DNA of 64,000 nucleotides from Candidatus Dormiibacterota bacterium (GTDB lineage Bacteria; Eisenbacteria; RBG-16-71-46; SZUA-252): NCBI GenBank assembly GCA_035635575.1, contig DASQAV010000002.1, positions 1,539 to 65,538 of the forward strand, read 5' to 3'. Shown piece by piece: positions 9,577 to 18,259 of this stretch (position 1 is its first letter; each line of letters starts with the position of its first letter). The notes under the pieces were generated by a model. It saw only the letters and a program-made list of their open reading frames with translations, ran no database searches and was not told where the DNA came from. The position numbers and the translations under genes were made by a program.

Positions 9577-12104
9577 CCCCGGTTGTTCCGGGGGGAGCGC
9601 TCCCTCGCCGCCTTCTGGCGAAGGACCGGCTCCGGGCGCCGATTCTTCTTCTTCGAATGGTTCCGCTTGGCCTTTTTCTTCTTCCCCCTGGCCCGGGCCT
9701 CTTTCCCGGCGGCGGCCTTGCGGGCCTCCAGCTCGGCGATGCGCTCCGCGACTCCGACGAAGGCGTAGCGGAAGACCTCGTCCACCGCGCTCACGGGAAC
9801 CAGGGTCATGTTGGATCGGACCGACTCGGGGACTTCCACGATGTCCTTCTGGTTATCCGCTGGAAAGACCACCGTTTTGATGCCGGCGCGGTAGGCGGCC
9901 ATGATTTTTTCCTTCAAGCCTCCGACGGCGATGACCTTCCCCCGCAGCGTCACCTCTCCCGTCATGGCGACGTCGTTCCGGATCGGCGCCTCGGCCAGCG
10001 CGGACGCGATGGCCATGACGATGGTGATCCCCGCGGAGGGCCCGTCCTTGGGAACGGCGCCTTCGGGGAAATGGATATGGAGGTCGTAATCGTCGAACAC
10101 CTCGGGGTCGATCCCCAGGAGCTCGGCGCGGGCCCGCACGTAGCTGTGCGCGGCCTGCACCGATTCCTTCATGACGTCCCCCAGCTGCCCCGTGACGATC
10201 ACGCGCCCGGCGCCCCGCATCTTCAAGGACTCGATGAGGAGCAGATCCCCGCCGGTCGTCGTCCACGCGAGCCCGGTGGCCACGCCCACCTCGGCATGCC
10301 CCTCGGCCATCTCGGGCAGCACGTAGGGAGGCCCGAGGAGCTTCTCGACGTCGGCCTCGCCGAAGGACCAGGTGCCCGCGTACCCGGTCGTCCTCTGGCG
10401 CGCACACTTCCGGCACACGGTCTCGATGGCGCGCTCCAGCTGGCGCACGCCCGCCTCGCGCGAGTACTCGCGGATCATCTTCACGATGGCGGGATCGTCG
10501 AAGGTGATGTCCCCCTCGTTCAGGCCGTGCTCCCGGGCGGCGCGCGGGATCAGGTGCCGCTTGGCGATCTCGATCTTCTCGGCGTCCATGTAACCGGGGA
10601 TCTGGATCACTTCCATGCGGTCCAGCAGCGGCGCGGGGATGAAGTCGAGCACGTTGGCGGTCGTGATGAAGAGCACTTCCGAAAGGTCGAAGGGGATCTC
10701 GATGTAGTGGTCCACGAAATGCGCGTTCTGCTCGTGGTCCAGCACCTCGAGAAGTGCCGAGGCCGGATCGCCCTGGGAGTCGTGCCCCAGCTTGTCGATC
10801 TCGTCGATCATGAACACCGGGTTGCTGCTGTGCACGTCCCGCAGGCTGCGGATGATCTTCCCCGGACGGGAGCCGATGTAGGTGCGCCGGTGCCCGCGGA
10901 TCTCCGCCTCGTCCCGAACGCCGCCCACGCTCATCCGGACGCAGTCGCGCCCCAGGGCCCGGGCGATGGAGCTCCCCAGCGAGGTCTTTCCGGTGCCCGG
11001 CGGCCCGGCGAAGCAGAGGATCGGTCCCCGGGAATCGTTCTTCAGCTTCAGCACCGCCAGGTATTCGAGAATCCGCTCCTTCACCTTGTCGAGGCCGAAG
11101 TGCTCCGCGTTGAGGCTCTTCGTGACCTCATCGAGGTCGATCGGTTTCCGGACGGGCCGGTTCCAGGGCAAGGACAGGAGCCACTCGATGTAGTTGCGGA
11201 TGACGCCGGCCTCCTGCGTGGTGGGCGCCAGGTAGCGCAGGCGGTTCGCCTCCTCGTACACCACCGAGTGGACGTGCGGCGGCAGGCTGAGGCCGTCGGC
11301 CCGGTCCAGGATCTGCCGAACCAGCAATTCTTGCGGGTCCTCTTCCCCCAGCTGGCGGCGGATCTCGGTGAGCTGCTGGCGCAGGAAGAACTCGCGCTGG
11401 TTCTTGTCCACGTTCGCCGACGTGCGCCGAACCACGTCCTCGGCGACGCTGAGCCGCGCCACCTCCGACTCGAGAGCTTCCGCCACGAGGAGGAGCCGCT
11501 CGCCCACGTCGAGGGTCTCGATGACCCGCTGCTTCGCCTCGACCGGGAGCCTCACGATGGAGGCGACGGTGTCCGCGAAGAGGCCGGGATCCCCGAGGTT
11601 CATGCTGAAGACGTTGTCCATCTCGGGGGGGTACGAGTGGTCCAGCTGGGAGATGGTCCTGAGCAATGCCAGGATCCGCGTCGCGAGGACGCTCACGCGC
11701 GCCGGATCGACGGCCGGCTCGGGCGGGCAGGAGACCTTGGCCTCGAGATAAGGATCGGAGCGCACGATCTCCCCAATCCCAATTCTGCGCAATCCCTCCA
11801 GGGTGACCTGTGTGTTGCCGCTGGGCATGTTGAGGATGCGGATGATGCGCGCCGCGAGGCCGATCTTGCTGAGCTGGTCTGGGTTCAGGTCCCCTTCCCG
11901 CTTCGCGGGGCTGAAGACCAGGGCGATCAGACGGTCGGGCTCGGCATGGTCACGGAGAAGGGCCTTCGACTGCTCCAGGCGGATCTGGATCGAGGTAACT
12001 CCCAGCGGGAACACGACCGTGCTCATCAGGGGGAGCACCGGCATCACGGGGGGCACGTCGCATTCGAGCATCCGGCCGATCTCGGATATCGGTCGCTTGC
12101 TCAT
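9567..12104 (-). CDS. lon: ATP-dependent Lon protease
   Basis: [13 protein letters not shown]-domain, Walker [12 protein letters not shown], catalytic [13 protein letters not shown] at 12104 ([10 protein letters not shown]…), or alternatively GTG at 12125. Unusual ~45-aa polybasic C-terminal tail. Confidence 0.9.
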
Positions 12105-12351
12105 ATCCGGGGCGATCCTTTCCACGGGGAGAGGAAAAGGGCGAGGGGACGAAGGCCCACGGTATCACAGCTTCCCGCCCGCTGGCCAGTTCGCCCCCCC
12201 GTTACGCCCCATCAAAATCGAAAGGCCACCAGGGGAAGCGGTTCTGATGGCCCATCGATCTTTTTCGCCTATTCCGGGGAACCGCAGGAGTTCGCCCTAC
12301 CTGCGCCCGGGTGCTGCTCCAGCATCGAGGTGCCGGATTGCTTCTAGCGTC

Positions 12352-12423
12352 TTACCAGCCAGCCTTGCCGCCCGGAGGCGGGATAATCGTTGCCGCAGCG
12401 ATGAGCAGAAGAATCAGAGCCAT
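12352..12423 (-). CDS. micro-ORF 1, 23 aa (MALILLLIAAATIIPPPGGKAGW)
   Basis: ATG preceded by AAGGGGGG with a 9-nt spacer. Hydrophobic N-terminus, conserved C-terminus IPPPGGKAGW, TAA stop. Paralogue of micro-ORF 2. Not in the supplied ORF track. Confidence 0.45.
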   Translation of the reverse strand: MALILLLIAAATIIPPPGGKAGW

Positions 12424-12508
12424 TTAGTTTCACCCCCCTTCTTGTGCTTTTTTGAGTCCGACTTGCTTTCAGTGCTCGTATTGCCGGTGCTTCGGGTGCT
12501 GCCGTTGC

Positions 12509-12586
12509 TTACCAGCCAGCCTTGCCCGGAGGCGGGATCGTTCCGACGAACGCGATGATCACGAGAATCGGGAGAAGAGCTGCCAT
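12509..12586 (-). CDS. micro-ORF 2, 25 aa (MAALLPILVIIAFVGTIPPPGKAGW)
   Basis: ATG preceded by GAGGTG with a 4-nt spacer. Hydrophobic N-terminus and the same C-terminal IPPPGKAGW. The 3' 30 nt are nearly identical to micro-ORF 1 apart from a 3-nt indel. Confidence 0.45.
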   Translation of the reverse strand: MAALLPILVIIAFVGTIPPPGKAGW

Positions 12587-12835
12587 CACACACCTCACTT
12601 CGTTTGGGTTCTCCTGCTTGACTTGCCTGCCAACGCCAGGATGTAAGAGCAGTCGCCGTGCCATTTGCAATTCGTTGGCGAAGAAGGGCCGTAGGTGTTT
12701 GTCTTACAGCAGAATAGAGATAGTGCGAAATGCGGATTGCTCGAAGCGAAGTCAGCCATTATTGACAACTAAAGCCGACTGTTTTTGACGCTGGCTGTTT
12801 ATGTGGTGTGAATCAATGGTTTATCTGTGTCGCGC

Positions 12836-14755
12836 TTACTTGACCGAAGCTGTCCGCCGGAGTTGTCTCGAAGACTCCTCAGCGGGGGCGGATCCCTTCT
12901 CCGGAGGGGCCGCATCGGCCGCGAACGGAAGGTGGATCCGGAACGTGCTGCCCTTCCCCGGCTCGCTCTCCACCCCGATCGTCCCCCCATGCGCCTCCAC
13001 GATGCCCCGCGCGATCGAGAGCCCAAGCCCCAGGCCCGATGAATTGAATTCCGCCGTTCCGGAGGAGTGGAGGTTGATGTCCTTGAGCTCGACCAGCTTC
13101 GCGAAGATCTTCTCCTGATCTTCCTTGGGAATTCCGATCCCGGTGTCCGTGACCAGGATCTCCGCTCCCTCCGGGACGCGCCTCGTCGAAAGATCGATCG
13201 AGCCGCCGTCGGGGGTGAAGCGAACCGCGTTCATCACCACGTTCAGTATCGCCTGGCTCAGGTAGTCGCGGTCCACGCGCGGATGAACCAGCCCCGTCTC
13301 CACGCCGATCGAGATCTGCTGGTTGCGCTGCGTGACGAACGGGGAGACATGAACCGCGACCTCCTCGAGGATCTCGCCCAGGTCCGAGGGCTCGAACTTG
13401 GCGGGCAGCTGATCCTTGTCGAGCAGCGACATATCGGTGAGATCGCGGGCCAGCCGCGTCAGGGTCGCGGTTCCCCGTCCGATGGCGGCCAGACCCTCGC
13501 GCTGGTTGTCGGTCACCGGGCCCAGGGCCCCGCCTCCCATCATCTCTGCATAGGCCTTGATCATGGTCACGGGCGTGACGATCTCGTGGGAGGCGATCGC
13601 GATGAAGTTGGATTTCAGGCGATCGATCTCGCCCAGCCTCTGGATCTCGCTCCGCTGCGTGGCGCGCATCGCCTCGAAGTCCGCCGCGAGCACCCCCATC
13701 TCGTCCCTCGAGCGCACGTTCAGGGGGAAATCGTAGTTTCCGACGCGCATCTCGTTCGCCGCCTGGACGAGGCGGCGAATCGGCCGCGTCACGCCCGCCG
13801 CGATTCCGAGGCCGAGGAGAAGCGCCAGCACCGCCGCGACGGCACCCGCCCAGAGGAGGTCGGCGCCGATGCGCCTCACCATCGCGGTCTCCTGATCGAG
13901 GGATCGAAGCAGCACGTAGCTGAGCTGCCCCCCCATCTCGAGACCGGACACCTCGCCGCGCAACGCAAGGAAGCGCTCGCCGGAGGAAGGAACCACCTCG
14001 AGCATCGCACCGAGAGGGGTGGCCCCGCGCTTCGGGGTCCGCCCGCGCCACTCACGGGCTTTCTTCTCGAGTACCAGGCGAAGCGGGGATGGGGAGACCG
14101 TGCTGGAGATGATCTCGCCGTCCACCGTGAACACCACCTCGCTCCGCGTCGTCTCCTTCAGCGCCAGCGCCAGAGCCTGATCGACGCTCTTCCCCAGGGT
14201 CAGGGTGCCCACCAGCGACCCGCCCACCACGATCGGGACCACCGCGACGCGGTACGCGTTCTGTCCTTCCATGACGTACCCGCTGGCGGGCTTCCGGGCC
14301 AGCGCCTCTCGGATGAGGCTCGAGCGGGAGATATCGATACCGTACTGACCCAGGTGTCCCGCGCGCGCGAGGATGATGCCGGCATCGTCCGTCACATCGA
14401 ACACCGGGGCCTCGGTGTCGTGCTGGAAGTCGGAGACCACGCCCGCCAGCGTCTCCTGGTAATCCTGCGAGCCCCGGTCCGCTTTCGGAAGCGTGAGCAT
14501 CGCGAAGAACTTGGGATCCCGGGCCACGACCGTTCCGATGCGCTTCAGATCCTCTCCCTGACGCGCCATCTGCTTCTCGAAGGAGAGAGCCGCGCGGGCG
14601 AGGTCCGCGGTCACGGTGCGGTTCTGCTCCGCGGCGACCCGGGAGTTCACGGCGAGAAGGGCGGCGACGAGCACCGCGAGAATCGGGAGGGAGGTGGTCG
14701 CCGCGATCTTGACGGCGAGTGAGACGCTCGGCCTGGGGAGCCGGAGCGGCGTCAT
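12836..14755 (-). CDS. sensor histidine kinase (periplasmic sensor domain, HAMP, HisKA, HATPase)
   Basis: Two TM segments flank a ~260-aa periplasmic domain. H-box IASHEIVTP; G-boxes GLGLGLSIARGIVEAHGG. ATG overlaps the upstream stop (ATGA). No response regulator adjacent. Confidence 0.85.
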   Translation of the reverse strand: MTPLRLPRPSVSLAVKIAATTSLPILAVLVAALLAVNSRVAAEQNRTVTADLARAALSFEKQMARQGEDLKRIGTVVARDPKFFAMLTLPKADRGSQDYQETLAGVVSDFQHDTEAPVFDVTDDAGIILARAGHLGQYGIDISRSSLIREALARKPASGYVMEGQNAYRVAVVPIVVGGSLVGTLTLGKSVDQALALALKETTRSEVVFTVDGEIISSTVSPSPLRLVLEKKAREWRGRTPKRGATPLGAMLEVVPSSGERFLALRGEVSGLEMGGQLSYVLLRSLDQETAMVRRIGADLLWAGAVAAVLALLLGLGIAAGVTRPIRRLVQAANEMRVGNYDFPLNVRSRDEMGVLAADFEAMRATQRSEIQRLGEIDRLKSNFIAIASHEIVTPVTMIKAYAEMMGGGALGPVTDNQREGLAAIGRGTATLTRLARDLTDMSLLDKDQLPAKFEPSDLGEILEEVAVHVSPFVTQRNQQISIGVETGLVHPRVDRDYLSQAILNVVMNAVRFTPDGGSIDLSTRRVPEGAEILVTDTGIGIPKEDQEKIFAKLVELKDINLHSSGTAEFNSSGLGLGLSIARGIVEAHGGTIGVESEPGKGSTFRIHLPFAADAAPPEKGSAPAEESSRQLRRTASVK

Positions 14756-15429
14756 GGCATCAGCGTCGAAAGCGTCGCGGTTCCTCGCTCGGGTACCTGG
14801 ACAAGGCTCTCGCGCGTGCCCGAGCTGAGCCAGACCTTGACGGTGTGATTTCCGGCCGGGACGTCATGAATCCGAAACGTGCCTCCGGGACCGATCAGCG
14901 CGAACCGCCGCGTCGGAGCGACGATGATGTCGGCGCGCATGTCGGAGTGGATGTCGCAGTACACCTGCACCGCCCCCGACTTCACGAACCTCACGCTCCG
15001 CGACTTGCCCTTCGGGTAGCGCCCCAGGTCGAACTTCTTGGGAGGGGAGTAGGAGAAGATGTTGTGGAAGACGTTGTCGCTGTTGTGAAACTCGACTTCC
15101 TGCCCCGCGACGATCGCGAGGATGCGCGGGACGAAGCGCTGCCCCAGCTGATCCATGCGCGCCGGCCCCGGCACCGCCGCCGGATCCGGGGGCAGGTCGG
15201 CCACCCAGGCCACGCCATACACCGTATCCACGGCCGCCGCGGCCGCGGCGATCCTGGACGAGGCGCTGAGCTGCCCCACGTAGGGATTCGGCTTGGAGGT
15301 GTCGTGGATCGAAAGGTCCGCCGGAGTCAGCGTGACCGAGCCCTCGATCACTCCCGCGAGGGCGGGCTCGGCGGCGACGAGCGCGACCGCGACCAGCATC
15401 GCGACGAGAACGAGAATCGCGGTCCGCAT
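14752..15429 (-). CDS. periplasmic cupredoxin-like protein
   Basis: Signal peptide MRTAILVLVAMLVAVALVAAEPALA. HN…YCDIHSDM resembles a type-1 copper site (Cys-x2-His-x2-Met, amicyanin-like spacing). Start overlaps the stop of the upstream outer-membrane barrel gene (TGATG). Confidence 0.6.
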   Translation of the reverse strand: MRTAILVLVAMLVAVALVAAEPALAGVIEGSVTLTPADLSIHDTSKPNPYVGQLSASSRIAAAAAAVDTVYGVAWVADLPPDPAAVPGPARMDQLGQRFVPRILAIVAGQEVEFHNSDNVFHNIFSYSPPKKFDLGRYPKGKSRSVRFVKSGAVQVYCDIHSDMRADIIVAPTRRFALIGPGGTFRIHDVPAGNHTVKVWLSSGTRESLVQVPERGTATLSTLMP

Positions 15430-16658
15430 CAGAACGTCACCGCGAGCTGCGCGGCCGCGAACGAGCGCGTCCGGCGCGGCGTGATGTCGACCTGCGATTC
15501 CTGGTGGACCAGCTTCGCGAGCAGGCGCGCCGACGGCTTGAATCCGATTCCGATCTCGCGCTTCCAGAGGTCCGCGTCCCAGGGGGTCGACCCGCCCGCC
15601 GCGAGCGCCACGTCGTCGAAGACCACCCGGTCGAAGCGCGCCGCGACGTACCAGCCGGGGATCACGGTCCACTTGCCCTCGACGTACCACGCCTGGAGAT
15701 CCAGGTTGCCGACGAAGGGGGACTCGAAGCGGTTCCGGATGTACTCCGAATAGAGAACGCCGTGGCCGTAGGAGAGCTCCAGGTCCGAGCCGAGGAGCTG
15801 CTGCATGTATTCGTCCGCCGTGTGCCCCGGCGGGAGATCCTCGTTCAGGTTGCCCTGGAGATAGGGGCCGCGCGCGCCGGAGACGCCTGCGCGGATCCAG
15901 GGCGCGGGCATGAAGCCGATCCGGCCCAGAATCTGTTTTCCGTCGTTGTCGTCGCTCATGGCCGGAGCGCCCACGGTGCCGTTCGTCACGCCAGCCGCGA
16001 ACTCGAAGGGTGCCACGGTGCCCAGGGTCACGATGCCGAAGTCCCAGCAGTTCTCGTACATGATGGGAAGCGCGCCGCCCGCGTCGTAACCGACGCCGGT
16101 GAGGCCTGGAGCCAAGTAGTCGGTCATCCAGCCCCGGCCGCGATTCGCGACGATGTCCTCGCCCCTCGTGGGCACCTGATCGTTCCGTACGTCGACCTTG
16201 TACGAGTACATGAGCGGCGGTCCGATGAGATTGTTCTTCGGGGCGTAGGAGCGGTTCGGATACGCCCCGACATGGAGCGGGATCTTCCCCACCTCGAGAT
16301 GGATGTCCCGGCCCTTGGGATCCGAGAGGCGCACGAACCCGCCGAAGAGCCGCGCGAACATCGTGTCGTCGTCGTAGAGGAATTCCGTGAAGACGTGGAC
16401 GTGGTCCTGGACGGGCGCGTCGGCGAAGAGGCGGATGCGCGTGGTGTGGAAGGCGTTCTCGCCGAAGTTGAGGGAGTTGATGCCGATCTGGCTCGGGCGC
16501 GTGACGTACACGAGATCCAGATCGCCCGCGAAGTTGACCGGCCCGATGGACGAGCATTCGCCGCGTGGCGTTAGGCAAAACAGGATCCAGAGCCCGAGCA
16601 AGGCGCCCGCAAGGCGCGCGGCCGTTCTTCCCTGAACGAGATTCCGTCTGGAGCGCAT
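15429..16658 (-). CDS. outer-membrane beta-barrel protein
   Basis: 409-aa protein with a signal peptide and a C-terminal …AAAQLAVTF ending in Phe (BAM recognition-like). GGGGGA Shine-Dalgarno 6 nt upstream of the ATG. The upstream remainder of the 857-aa track ORF is artefact. Confidence 0.6.
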   Translation of the reverse strand: MRSRRNLVQGRTAARLAGALLGLWILFCLTPRGECSSIGPVNFAGDLDLVYVTRPSQIGINSLNFGENAFHTTRIRLFADAPVQDHVHVFTEFLYDDDTMFARLFGGFVRLSDPKGRDIHLEVGKIPLHVGAYPNRSYAPKNNLIGPPLMYSYKVDVRNDQVPTRGEDIVANRGRGWMTDYLAPGLTGVGYDAGGALPIMYENCWDFGIVTLGTVAPFEFAAGVTNGTVGAPAMSDDNDGKQILGRIGFMPAPWIRAGVSGARGPYLQGNLNEDLPPGHTADEYMQQLLGSDLELSYGHGVLYSEYIRNRFESPFVGNLDLQAWYVEGKWTVIPGWYVAARFDRVVFDDVALAAGGSTPWDADLWKREIGIGFKPSARLLAKLVHQESQVDITPRRTRSFAAAQLAVTF

Positions 16659-16760
16659 GGACAGTCCCCCGGTATCCCTCGGCAATCTGCCGTGTCGCAG
16701 TAGGTTTCGGTATTCGAGGGGCTCATCCTGAGCGGAATCCGATGGTGTAGACTTCGGCGG

Positions 16761-18197
16761 ATGGAGACGCCTGAGCTGAGCCCCGCCCCCTTTGCTTCCC
16801 AGCCGCAGCCCCTTGCCGGGACTGCGGATGGAGCACCCCTGCGGCGCGGAGCGAATCTGGAGCTCACGATCGAGGACCTGGCCTTCGGCGGAAAGGCTCT
16901 GGCCAAGGTTCAGGGGCTGGTGGTGTTCGTAGAGAACGCGCTCCCAGGAGATCGCGTGATCGCCACGGTGTATCGGAGGCGCCGGCAGTACGCCGAGTCG
17001 CGGGCCGTGAAGATCCTCGAGCCCTCGCCCGCACGGGTCCCGGCTCCCTGCAGCCACGTTCCCATCTGCGGCGGATGCCGATTTCAAGACTTGGACTATC
17101 AGGAGCAGCTCCGGCACAAGCAGCGCCAGGTGGAGGGCTGTCTCGAGCACCTCGGCAGGATCCACGCCGCCGTCCGGCCGGTCCTCCCGGCGCTCGAGCT
17201 CTTTCATTACCGGAACAAGATGGAGTACAGCTTCGGGCGCGACGAGAAGGACGCGGTCACGCTGGGACTTCATCGCCGCGGCTTCTACGACAAGCCCTTC
17301 GATCTCGAGCGCTGCTTCATCGCGACTCCGATCTCGAGCGAGATCGTGGACTTCACCCGCGAGTTCGCCCGCCGCGAGAACCTCCCTCCCTATGACTTGA
17401 GGCGGCACACGGGGCTTCTTCGTTTCCTCGTGGTGCGCGAGGGAATCCGGACCGGCGAGGTCATGGTGAACCTCGTGGCCAGCGAGGCCCATCCCGCGTT
17501 CGAGCGCCTCGCGGCGGGGCTTCGCGAGCGCTTTCCCAGGATCCAGAGCGTGGTGCTGAACCTGACGCGCCGGAAGGCGCAGATCGCGGTGGGGGAAGAG
17601 GAGCGTCTGCTCGCCGGCAAGCCGACCATCTTGGAAGAGCTGGGCGGGCTCACCTTCGAGATCTCCTCCAATTCCTTCTTCCAGACGAACACGAAGCAGG
17701 CGGAACGGCTCCTCGACACGGCGCTCGAGGCCCTGGCGCTCGGGGGCTCGGAGCGCGTGCTGGACGTCTACTCGGGGACGGGAACGTTCACGCTCCCGCT
17801 CGCGAAGCGGGCGGCCGAGGCGGTCGGAATCGAATCCTCGGCGATCGCGGTGCGCGACGCCGAGCGCAACGCGGCGAGGAATGGAATCCGGAACGCGCGC
17901 TTCTGGACGGGGGAGGCTCTGGAGGTGATGGGCGCGCGGCTCCAGGGGGAGGGCGCCACGTTCGACGCCGTGCTGGTGGATCCGCCGCGCGCGGGCCTTC
18001 ATCCCGGCGTGATCCAGCGTTTACTCGAGCTGGGAGCGCCGAGGCTCGTCTACGTATCGTGTAATCCGAGCACCCTGGGGCGCGACCTGGGACTCCTCTG
18101 CGAATCGCGCTACGCAGTGGACTGGATCCAGCCCGTGGACATGTTCCCGCACACGCCGCACATCGAATGCGTCGCGGCGCTCCGGAGGATCGCGTGA
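16761..18197 (+). CDS. rlmD: 23S rRNA (uracil-C5)-methyltransferase RlmD/RumA family
   Basis: TRAM domain, 4Fe-4S Cys cluster (CSHVPICGGCRFQ), SAM-MTase motifs (DVYSGTGTFTLPLA, DPPRAG) and a C-terminal catalytic Cys region (YVSCNPSTL). Confidence 0.85.
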   Translation: METPELSPAPFASQPQPLAGTADGAPLRRGANLELTIEDLAFGGKALAKVQGLVVFVENALPGDRVIATVYRRRRQYAESRAVKILEPSPARVPAPCSHVPICGGCRFQDLDYQEQLRHKQRQVEGCLEHLGRIHAAVRPVLPALELFHYRNKMEYSFGRDEKDAVTLGLHRRGFYDKPFDLERCFIATPISSEIVDFTREFARRENLPPYDLRRHTGLLRFLVVREGIRTGEVMVNLVASEAHPAFERLAAGLRERFPRIQSVVLNLTRRKAQIAVGEEERLLAGKPTILEELGGLTFEISSNSFFQTNTKQAERLLDTALEALALGGSERVLDVYSGTGTFTLPLAKRAAEAVGIESSAIAVRDAERNAARNGIRNARFWTGEALEVMGARLQGEGATFDAVLVDPPRAGLHPGVIQRLLELGAPRLVYVSCNPSTLGRDLGLLCESRYAVDWIQPVDMFPHTPHIECVAALRRIA

Positions 18198-18259
18198 GGG
18201 GTAGCCGGCGCGTGGAAGGGGTCCGGGCACGGGCCAAGGCGGAGGTCCGCGCGGGGGAG

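Noticed and set aside
9555-12347. 930-aa plus-strand ORF
   Set aside because: Exact antisense of lon. Gly/Arg/Asp-rich low-complexity translation.
12126-12351. CIRCE/HrcA operator or sigma32 promoter upstream of lon
   Set aside because: No TTAGCACTC-N9-GAGTGCTAA and no CTTGAA/CCCCAT pair with correct spacing.
12452-12646. 64-aa Cys-rich plus-strand ORF (CFQCSYCRCFGCCRC)
   Set aside because: Antisense to micro-ORF 2 with a TTG start and no Shine-Dalgarno. The Cys richness is a by-product of antisense GCA/GCG codons.
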